Shown here: positions 27,748-34,845 of the stretch, in pieces | Position numbering within the stretch: the stretch's first letter is position 1 | How the letters are laid out: the number at the start of each line of letters is the position of its first letter | DNA from: Eubacteriales bacterium | GTDB taxonomy: Bacteria > Bacillota > Clostridia > Oscillospirales > CAG-272 | Direction of reading: 5' to 3' | DNA length: 34,845 bases | Assembly: GCA_045657645.1 (NCBI GenBank) | Contig: JAZOTL010000014.1 | Span: 1-34,845, forward strand | Translations under genes and position numbers: made by a program | Notes under the pieces: generated by a model | What the model was told of the DNA's origin: nothing | What the model saw: only the letters and a program-made list of their open reading frames with translations | Database searches by the model: none

Positions 27748-27940
27748 GGGAACCTCTCCGTATTGTATTAAATTGCCTTGCAATACATTACAATTACAAG
27801 GTGTTTTCATTATAACAACTCCCTGTCTTTTTGTCAATGGAGGTACTTTTAAGTAGGAGGTTTGTACGTCTGAGTATAGTCTATTATCATTTTGATTGCT
27901 CAGACAGGGAACTTATACACTCAATGAAGTCGGTGCAAAC

Positions 27941-28105
27941 ATATCCCTCCTTGCGGTGCCCGAAAAAGCTATCGGGATGCTACCGCATCTTTTCCTCTGC
28001 TTTTTCGACCGCGGCGGTGCTCGCGCGTTGCCTGTTTCTGCCACCGGCAGCGGCAACCCACGAGCCCCAACGAGCTACGCTCGCCGGTCTCATAACCCGG
28101 AAGAC
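27941..28105. repeat. GC-rich multi-hairpin element ending in an inverted fragment of tRNA-fMet
   Basis: Stems TGCGGT/ACCGCA, CGAAAAAGC/GCTTTTTCG, GTTGCC/GGCAAC, CTGCC/GGCAG, CGAGC/GCTCG. 28079-28103 is 22/25 identical to the anticodon-arm region of the adjacent tRNA, in the opposite orientation. Confidence 0.65.
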
Positions 28106-28132
28106 ACAAATTTCAATATCTATTTCTGAAAT

Positions 28133-28174
28133 CAGAAACGAAAAAAGACATCCGTGTGGATGTCTTTTCGTTTC
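28133..28174 (-). terminator. Terminator abutting the tRNA-fMet CCA end
   Basis: GAAACGAAAAAAGACATCC-GTGT-GGATGTCTTTTCGTTTC. Confidence 0.75.
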
Positions 28175-28249
<75 letters not shown>

Positions 28250-28282
28250 ATGTATATCAAGCCGACCTTTTTGCCGGCTTGA

Positions 28283-28371
28283 TGGTGCCGGAAACCGGGG
28301 TCGAACCGGTACGGGAAATTAATCCCACGGGATTTTAAGTCCCGGGCGTCTGCCTATTCCGCCACTCCGGC
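28283..28371 (-). tRNA. tRNA-Leu(UAA)
   Basis: Anticodon arm CGGGA-CT-TAA-AA-TCCCG, long variable arm and CCA. Confidence 0.96.
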
Positions 28372-28386
28372 GTTTTTTGCTCGTAT

Positions 28387-28415
28387 ATTATAACACAGGG
28401 TATGGCGTTTGTCAA
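28387..28415 (-). promoter_or_regulatory. Sigma-A promoter for tRNA-Leu/fMet
   Basis: Perfect TTGACA-17-TATAAT with a TG extension. Confidence 0.85.
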
Positions 28416-28496
28416 TACTTAATTTATTTTTCTTGATTATTATATGCAAGTGTGATACAATTAATTCACACAGTAAGATATTTTTTTGAGGTTAAT

Positions 28497-29609
28497 ATGA
28501 AAAAGATAATCATAGCTCCCGATTCATACAAAGGAACTCTCAGCGCGCTTGAGGTGGCCCAAACCATTTCCCGCGCGGTAAAGGACGTATCCGCCGAGTA
28601 TGAGACCCTGCTTATACCCATTGCCGATGGCGGCGAGGGAACCATAGAGGCGCTTGGCGCAAAAAAGATACCATGTACCGTTTCGGGCTCTCTTTTTGAA
28701 AAGGTGGAGAGCTTTTGGGGCGAGCTTGGGGACAAGGCTGTAATTGAGCTTGCTGCCTGCGCAGGTCTTCCTATGGCAAAACGCCTTGACCCGGAGGCTG
28801 CCACTACCTTTGGTGTGGGTCAGCTGATTTCCGCTGCTCTTGATGCAGGCAAGCGCGATTTTATAATTGCTCTTGGCGGAAGCTCTACCAACGATATGGG
28901 CTGCGGTATGGCCGCCGCTTTAGGCGTTAAGTTTTTTAACGGTGAGGGAAAGGAATTTATTCCTACGGGCGGTACCCTTTGCGATATTGCTTCAATCGAT
29001 CGAAGCGGTATAGATATAAGGGTAACAAAATCCCGTTTTGTAACTATGTGTGACGTTGATAATCCGCTTTTCGGTGAAAAGGGCGCCGCTTACGTTTTTG
29101 CTCCCCAAAAGGGTGCAACGCCCGAGGCGGTACAGCGTCTTGATAACGGTCTTCGCCATGCTGCCCAGGTGGTGAAAAGCTGCCTTGATGTTGACGTTTC
29201 CTCTTTTGAAGGTGCAGGTGCCGCAGGCGGTTGCGGCGCAGGCGTTGTAGCTTTCCTTGATTCGGTGTTGAAGCGAGGAATAGACGTTGTTCTTGATGCC
29301 GCTGACTTTGACAAGGCTCTTGAGGGTTGCGCTCTTGTGTTTACCGGGGAAGGAAAGTTCGATTCTCAAAGCATTGACGGCAAGGCTATTTCCGGCATTG
29401 CGGCTCGCACAAAGGAGAAAAACATTCCCCTTATCGTGCTTGCGGGTGCGGCTGAAGAGGCCGAAAACTGCTATGATATGGGTGTTACCGCTGTTTTTTC
29501 TATACAGAGAAAAGCATTGCCCTTTAAGGAGGCAAGGCTTATAAACGGCCCCTCCCTTTACAGAACTGCATACAACGTGATGAAGTTATTTGATTGTACA
29601 AATAAATAA
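28497..29609 (+). CDS. glxK: Glycerate kinase (GlxK/GarK family)
   Basis: IAPDSYKG, PIADGGEGT, GGSSTNDMG, CDVDNPL, GAGAAGG and TGEG motifs. Start at ATG 28497. Confidence 0.93.
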   Translation: MKKIIIAPDSYKGTLSALEVAQTISRAVKDVSAEYETLLIPIADGGEGTIEALGAKKIPCTVSGSLFEKVESFWGELGDKAVIELAACAGLPMAKRLDPEAATTFGVGQLISAALDAGKRDFIIALGGSSTNDMGCGMAAALGVKFFNGEGKEFIPTGGTLCDIASIDRSGIDIRVTKSRFVTMCDVDNPLFGEKGAAYVFAPQKGATPEAVQRLDNGLRHAAQVVKSCLDVDVSSFEGAGAAGGCGAGVVAFLDSVLKRGIDVVLDAADFDKALEGCALVFTGEGKFDSQSIDGKAISGIAARTKEKNIPLIVLAGAAEEAENCYDMGVTAVFSIQRKALPFKEARLINGPSLYRTAYNVMKLFDCTNK

Positions 29610-30146
29610 AAACACCGCAAGGGCAAAAACGCTTAGATTCCCGTTTAAAAAGAGCAGAATATAGCTTCCTGCTATCCATATAAGGATTATAAAGAAAATC
29701 GAAACTGCGTTAGCAATTCTGCTTGCCTTATACGGGTGAGTCAGCTTCAGGAGAAGGGTGTAAAATGCCTCTCCGCCGTCGAGGCTCTTTATTGGCAGTA
29801 GGTTAAATACGGCCAAAAACAGGTTGCTGAAGGCAAAAAAGCCGGGCGTGCCCCCAAAAAGGCATATTAATGCAAAGGTCCACAGGTTCACAAGGGGACC
29901 TGAAAGGGATATGAAAAATTCTCTCTGCAAGGGGAGAATTTTTGTTTTTCGCTCTATATCTATACCAAAGGGAAGTACAGTTATCCTTTTTACCCCCGCG
30001 CCGCATAATCCTATTGCCGCAAGGTGGCCTGCCTCGTGCAAAAGTGCGGCCGCAAGCATCTGCGCAAGGTATGGGGTAGGCTCAATAAGGCAGAGCAGGG
30101 CAAGGGTTAAAAAGGTGATGGGAGGAATGTGTATAAGCCCCCTCAA
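29586..30146 (-). CDS. M50 site-2 protease, SpoIVFB-like
   Basis: HEAGH, LPFG, SGPLVN and FNLLPIKSLDGG motifs. TTG start overlapping the upstream stop. Confidence 0.85.
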   Translation of the reverse strand: MRGLIHIPPITFLTLALLCLIEPTPYLAQMLAAALLHEAGHLAAIGLCGAGVKRITVLPFGIDIERKTKILPLQREFFISLSGPLVNLWTFALICLFGGTPGFFAFSNLFLAVFNLLPIKSLDGGEAFYTLLLKLTHPYKASRIANAVSIFFIILIWIAGSYILLFLNGNLSVFALAVFLFICTIK

Positions 30147-30355
30147 CTTTCAGGCTGCTCCTCGGTTGTATCGCTTGTTTCGTTTACTGTTGCCATAACG
30201 GTTTGTGCCGCCTCCGTCATGCCCTCGCTTTGCGGATAGAAAACTTTTATTGCCCCCATTACTGCAAGCAATGAAACCAGTATTAAGGCTGTGCGCGCAC
30301 CGCTTTTTTTGTTTTGCTGCCTGTTACGGGGGGCGTTTGTGTATATTACCTTCAT
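30143..30355 (-). CDS. Small single-pass membrane protein
   Basis: 70 aa with a basic N-terminus, one TM and an acidic tail. RBS GAGG. Coupled to the M50 gene. Confidence 0.6.
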   Translation of the reverse strand: MKVIYTNAPRNRQQNKKSGARTALILVSLLAVMGAIKVFYPQSEGMTEAAQTVMATVNETSDTTEEQPES

Positions 30356-30437
30356 TCTTTTTTACCTCTTTTGCTTTCTTTGTAATATGTATATTGCGAA
30401 AATGACGTAATATTCACATTAAAATGCGGCCTGTTTC

Positions 30438-30466
30438 TTGACAAAAAACGCATTTTACCATATAAT
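30438..30466 (+). promoter_or_regulatory. Sigma-A promoter for the aspartokinase operon
   Basis: TTGACA-17-TATAAT. Confidence 0.8.
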
Positions 30467-30507
30467 AATTATCGAATGCGTTAAATATATCAAAATTGGA
30501 GAATATA

Positions 30508-31824
30508 ATGTTAAAAGTAGTAAAGTTCGGCGGAAGCTCCCTTGCCGATGCAAAGCAGTTTAAGAAGGTTGCAGAGATCGTACTGGCCGAGGAAAGCCGT
30601 AGATACGTAGTTCCTTCTGCTCCCGGAAAGCGCTTTAAGGAAGATGATAAGGTTACAGACCTTTTATATGATTGTTACGAAGCGGCTTCCCGCGGAGAGC
30701 CTATTGATGAGGCGTTCTCTTACGTTACCGACCGTTACAATCAGATTATTGAAGAACTTGGAATTAAGGACTTTAGCCTTGACGATGAGTTTGCTTATAT
30801 CAAAAAGTCTGTTGAGCATAAGGCGGGCCGTGACTACGTTGCCAGCCGCGGTGAGTATCTTAATGCAAAGATACTTTCCAAGTATATAGGATACGATTTT
30901 ATTGACGCTGCAGAGGTTATCTTCTTCCGTGAGGACGGTAGCTTTGATGACGAGCGTACAAATCAGGTAATGGCAAAGGTTCTTGCCTGCCATGACCACG
31001 CGGTAATACCCGGCTTCTACGGTTCTATGCCTAACGATACCATTAAGACCTTCTCACGCGGAGGCTCTGATATCACAGGCTCCATCGTTGCCCGTGCCGC
31101 AAAGGCAGACCTTTACGAAAACTGGACAGACGTTTCAGGCTTCCTTATGGCTGACCCCAGAATAATCGAGAATCCCAAGGTTATTGATACAATTACATAC
31201 CGTGAGCTCCGTGAGCTTTCCTATATGGGTGCTACCGTTCTTCACGAGGATGCTATCTTCCCCGTAAGATTTGCAGGTATTCCGATAAATATCCGCAACA
31301 CCAACCATCCCGAGGATAAGGGTACTATGATAGTTCCCACAGCCGATACCAGCGCTTCCAATGACGTGCTTACAGGTATAGCGGGTAAGAAGGGCTTTAG
31401 CGTTATCACCCTTGAAAAGGATATGATGAACTCCGAACTCGGCTTTGGACGCAAGGTGCTTGAGGTGCTTGAGCAGGAGGGTATCTCTTTTGAGCATCTG
31501 CCCTCCGGTATAGACACAATGAGCGTAATTGTTAACACTAACGCTCTTGAGGGCAAGCGCGAACGCGTTATCAATCAGATATGCAAGGAAGCAGAGCCCG
31601 AAACAATAACTATTGAAGATGAACTTGCTCTTATTGCCGTGGTTGGACGCCGTATGGTTTCTGCCAAGGGTACTGCGGCAAGAATGCTTACTGCTATTGC
31701 AGATGCGGATATTAACATCCGTATGATAGATCAGGGCTCCTGTGAGCTCAATATCATAGTTGCCGTTTCCGAGGGTGACTTTGAAAAGGCTTTGGGCGCT
31801 ATATACTCTGAGTTTGTGAAATGA
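30508..31824 (+). CDS. Aspartate kinase (with ACT domains)
   Basis: VVKFGGSS, VPSAPG, FSRGGSDITG and WTDVSG motifs. Start at ATG 30508. Confidence 0.96.
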   Translation: MLKVVKFGGSSLADAKQFKKVAEIVLAEESRRYVVPSAPGKRFKEDDKVTDLLYDCYEAASRGEPIDEAFSYVTDRYNQIIEELGIKDFSLDDEFAYIKKSVEHKAGRDYVASRGEYLNAKILSKYIGYDFIDAAEVIFFREDGSFDDERTNQVMAKVLACHDHAVIPGFYGSMPNDTIKTFSRGGSDITGSIVARAAKADLYENWTDVSGFLMADPRIIENPKVIDTITYRELRELSYMGATVLHEDAIFPVRFAGIPINIRNTNHPEDKGTMIVPTADTSASNDVLTGIAGKKGFSVITLEKDMMNSELGFGRKVLEVLEQEGISFEHLPSGIDTMSVIVNTNALEGKRERVINQICKEAEPETITIEDELALIAVVGRRMVSAKGTAARMLTAIADADINIRMIDQGSCELNIIVAVSEGDFEKALGAIYSEFVK

Positions 31825-32858
31825 CGGACATCTGGAGTTACTTAGCGCGCGCCGATAAACCTATAGTAATATACGGAATGGGAAACGGAGCGGATAAGAT
31901 CCTCTCCGTTTTTTCTGACTATGGCATTACCTGTTCGGGGGTGTTTTGCTCTGATGAGTTTGTGCGCCCGGGTAAGACCTTTCACGGTTTTGAAATAGGT
32001 AGTTATGCCGATATGTGTGAGCGCTTTGAGGATTTTATAGTGGTTGTGGCATTTGCCACCTTCCGTGATGAAGTGCTTGAAAACATATTCCGTATAAAAA
32101 AGGAGCGCGAGCTTTACGTTCCAAGCGTTCCGGTGTACGGTGAGGGCGTTTTTACAAAGGATTATTATACCGCTTTTGAAGAGCAAATAAAGTCTGCGGC
32201 AGGGCTGCTGTGTGACGAAAAATCAAGGGAAATATATGAGGGTATCATAGAGTACCGTCTTAACGCTTCCCTTGACACTCTGTTATCGGCGGTATCGGAT
32301 AAAGAAGAAAGCTGGAACCTGCTTTCTTTTGAAAATTATACAAGCGCCGTTGATGCAGGTGCCTATACGGGTGACACGGCAAAGGAGCTTTTGGAGCGTT
32401 GCCCCGCAATAAAACGTATATGGGCACTTGAACCCGACCCCCGAAACTTTAAGCGGCTTTCAAAATTTGCCGAAGAGGAAAAACGGGTCTTGCCTTTAAA
32501 CCTTGGAGCTTGGAGCAACCCTGCCCAAATGGAGTTTAATGCAGGTGCAGGCAGAGGGGCAGGCGCCGCAGGAGTAAAGAAAAGTAGTATCGTTAATTTT
32601 GAAAAAATCGATAATATTGCTCAAGAGAGTGCTTCCTATATTAAATATGACGTAGAAGGCGCAGAATACGAAGCCCTGCTTGGCAGTATTGAAACCATAA
32701 AAAGCTATAAGCCCGAACTGCGCATAGCTTTGTACCACAGAACAGAGGATATCTTTAAGCTGCCTTTGTTTATAGAAAGCCTTGGTATGGGCTACAGAAT
32801 GTATATCCGCAGAACAAGGTGTATTCCCGATTGGGAAATAGATCTTATATGTATATAA
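31821..32858 (+). CDS. FkbM family SAM methyltransferase
   Basis: VDAGAYTGDT, ALEPD, IKYDVEGAE and IALYH motifs, plus an N-terminal IVIYGMG domain. Confidence 0.9.
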   Translation: MTDIWSYLARADKPIVIYGMGNGADKILSVFSDYGITCSGVFCSDEFVRPGKTFHGFEIGSYADMCERFEDFIVVVAFATFRDEVLENIFRIKKERELYVPSVPVYGEGVFTKDYYTAFEEQIKSAAGLLCDEKSREIYEGIIEYRLNASLDTLLSAVSDKEESWNLLSFENYTSAVDAGAYTGDTAKELLERCPAIKRIWALEPDPRNFKRLSKFAEEEKRVLPLNLGAWSNPAQMEFNAGAGRGAGAAGVKKSSIVNFEKIDNIAQESASYIKYDVEGAEYEALLGSIETIKSYKPELRIALYHRTEDIFKLPLFIESLGMGYRMYIRRTRCIPDWEIDLICI

Positions 32859-32873
32859 AAGGATAGTTAACAA

Positions 32874-33746
32874 ATGATAAAACTTACCCAGCGGGATGTT
32901 ATATCCCTTCTGCCTGAAAGGGCGGATGACAGCCACAAGGGAAGCCACGGAACTCTGCTCAGCATATGCGGCAGCAGCATGTACAGGGGTGCGGCGGTGC
33001 TTTCATCACTTGGCGCTTTGCGTTGCGGCGTTGGAATACTGCGGCTTTGTTCGGTTGAAGGGGTGATAAGCGTCGTTGCGGCCAGATTGCCCGAAGCTAC
33101 CTACCTTCCCGTAAATGGGGATGATAAGGGCTTTATTTGTGGGCTTGATTACAAGGCAACCCTTGAAAGCTTTAAGGGTATCACAGCCTGCCTTTGTGGT
33201 TGTGGACTTGGAAAAACACAGGCAACAGCGGATTTGGTAAAGCAGATTGTAAGTGAAACTCCCTTCACTCTTGTGCTTGATGCCGATGCCCTTAATATCA
33301 TTTCCGAGAATACCGAAGTTCTCAAAAACGCCGTAGGTGATATTATAATTACACCCCATTTAGGAGAGTTTTCAAGGCTTACGAAAAGGGAAGTAGCGGA
33401 TATAAAAAACAACCGTGAAAAATATGCCCTTGAATTTGCCGGGGAGTACGGTGTAACGGTTGTTTTAAAGGATAGTGATACGGTAATTGCTACACCAAAC
33501 GGGGAAAGCTTTATTTCCTGCTTTGGTAACAGTGGGCTTGCAAGGGGCGGAAGCGGAGATATACTTGCAGGTATGATAGCCTCCTTTGCTGCCCAGGGCC
33601 TGGACTGCAAAAATGCCGCAATTTTAGGTGTTGGTCTGCAGGGTATGGCGGCGGATATCTGCGCAAAAAGAAGGTCAAAGCGCGGGATGCTTCCTTCGGA
33701 AATAACAGATTGTTTAACAGAAATATTTTTAAAATACGAGAGGTAA
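32874..33746 (+). CDS. nnrD: ADP-dependent NAD(P)H-hydrate dehydratase
   Basis: SHKGSHG, VLDADAL, TPHLGEF and GGSGDILAG motifs. Confidence 0.92.
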   Translation: MIKLTQRDVISLLPERADDSHKGSHGTLLSICGSSMYRGAAVLSSLGALRCGVGILRLCSVEGVISVVAARLPEATYLPVNGDDKGFICGLDYKATLESFKGITACLCGCGLGKTQATADLVKQIVSETPFTLVLDADALNIISENTEVLKNAVGDIIITPHLGEFSRLTKREVADIKNNREKYALEFAGEYGVTVVLKDSDTVIATPNGESFISCFGNSGLARGGSGDILAGMIASFAAQGLDCKNAAILGVGLQGMAADICAKRRSKRGMLPSEITDCLTEIFLKYER

Positions 33747-33751
33747 AAAAG

Positions 33752-34000
33752 ATGGAATACAGCTATAAAACTAAAGGAACCTGCTCAAGGGAGATTCTTT
33801 TTTCCATTGAGGATGAAAAGGTAAAGAATATTAAATTTATCGGCGGTTGCGACGGCAACCTTAAGGCTATAGCAAAGCTGGCAGAGGGCATGGAAGCCCG
33901 TAAGGTAGCTCAGTTGTTGCGCGGCAACACCTGCGGCTTTAAAACAACCTCCTGCGGTGACCAGCTTGCCTGCGCTATTGATAAGGCCCTTGAAAAATAA
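33752..34000 (+). CDS. Small TSCPD-domain protein (TIGR03905-like)
   Basis: YKTKGTCS, FIGGCDGNLK and TSCGDQL motifs. Start at ATG 33752. Confidence 0.88.
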   Translation: MEYSYKTKGTCSREILFSIEDEKVKNIKFIGGCDGNLKAIAKLAEGMEARKVAQLLRGNTCGFKTTSCGDQLACAIDKALEK

Positions 34001-34011
34001 GGAGCAGGAAT

Positions 34012-34830
34012 ATGGAAGAGATTTTAGGGAAATTTAAAAATTTTCTTGAGGCAGGTACAGGCAAGCTTACTGTGGGAACGGTGCTGCTTGCGCTTCTTAC
34101 CTTTGTTGTTTGCGCGGTGATAATCCGCCTTATCCTGACAGTAGCAAAAAAAGCCTTTAAACGTTCCAAGCTGGACCACGTTGCTGTGGGCTATGCCCTT
34201 ACGGTGGCAAGGATAATACTTTATTTTGTAGCTGTTATCATTGTGTGTGATATATTAGGTATACCTGTAAGCTCACTTCTTGCGGTGCTTAGTATTGCGG
34301 GTCTTGCCCTTTCCCTTGCGGTACAGGATCTTTTGTCTAATCTGATAAGCGGTTTTGTGTTGCTTGTTACAAAGCCTTTTTTAAGCGGGGATTTTGTGGA
34401 AGTGGCAGGGAACACCGGAACTGTTACCGAAATAGGGCTTATGTATACCACCCTGAAAACACCGGATAACAAGGTAATCTCTATTCCCAATAAGGATGTA
34501 AATACTTCAAACATAATCAATTATTCCAAGGAAAGTACGCGCCGAGTTGATATCAGCGTAAGCGCTTCCTATGATAACGCTACTGATGAAGTTAAAGAGA
34601 GCATACTAAAGGCTATCTCCAAGGTTGAGGGTATAAAAAATACACCCACCGAGCCTTTTGTGGGTGTAAAGGAGTATGCTTCAAGCGCTATATTCTACGA
34701 CGTGAAGGTATGGTGCGAAAATGCAGATTATTGGAACGTTTATTATTCCTTGAACGAGCTTATAAAGAAGCAGTTTGATGAGGATGGCGTTGAAATGACC
34801 TACGACCATATAAACGTCCATATGAAATAG
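34012..34830 (+). CDS. mscS: Small-conductance mechanosensitive channel
   Basis: LALSLAVQDLLSNLISG, PFLSGDFVE, GTVTEIG, IPN and RRVDI motifs. Confidence 0.92.
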   Translation: MEEILGKFKNFLEAGTGKLTVGTVLLALLTFVVCAVIIRLILTVAKKAFKRSKLDHVAVGYALTVARIILYFVAVIIVCDILGIPVSSLLAVLSIAGLALSLAVQDLLSNLISGFVLLVTKPFLSGDFVEVAGNTGTVTEIGLMYTTLKTPDNKVISIPNKDVNTSNIINYSKESTRRVDISVSASYDNATDEVKESILKAISKVEGIKNTPTEPFVGVKEYASSAIFYDVKVWCENADYWNVYYSLNELIKKQFDEDGVEMTYDHINVHMK

Positions 34831-34845
34831 CGGCGGCAAGGTGCC

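Noticed and set aside
30360-30507. Lysine riboswitch or T-box before aspartokinase
   Set aside because: The promoter lies about 40 nt from the start codon, leaving no room for one.

Overview
This is chromosomal DNA from a Clostridia-type (Bacillota) bacterium, judged from the near-consensus sigma-A promoters, jag, a SpoIVFB-like protease and a sortase substrate. Most of it is housekeeping: two tRNA pairs (Arg/His and Leu/fMet), MATE, asnA, rpmH-rnpA-yidD-yidC-jag (with no dnaA next to it), glnA, uraA-upp, glycerate kinase, aspartokinase, nnrD and mscS. The main find is a tightly coupled minus-strand run (19903 to 10199). It ends in a CPBP protease, a TagF-family CDP-alcohol phosphotransferase with an N-terminal YIDPGTGS-TM motif, a 919-aa fusion of a YidC/Oxa1 domain with a Thr-nucleophile LtaS/EptA-like phosphotransferase domain, and then licC, licA and licB. 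There is no licD. This looks like a candidate LicD-independent pathway for putting phosphocholine on the cell surface, and the YidC-like groove appears charge-inverted (Arg to Asn, Gln to Glu). Two highly structured non-coding elements sit just downstream of the tRNA terminators. One is a 7-hairpin array with GATGAAAT/GATTTCAT junctions, next to a four-helix-bundle gene that the ORF track missed. The other is a GC-rich element carrying an inverted copy of the tRNA-fMet anticodon arm. There is also an orphan thioester-domain/pilin fusion and a zinc-ribbon/TM2 gene cluster.
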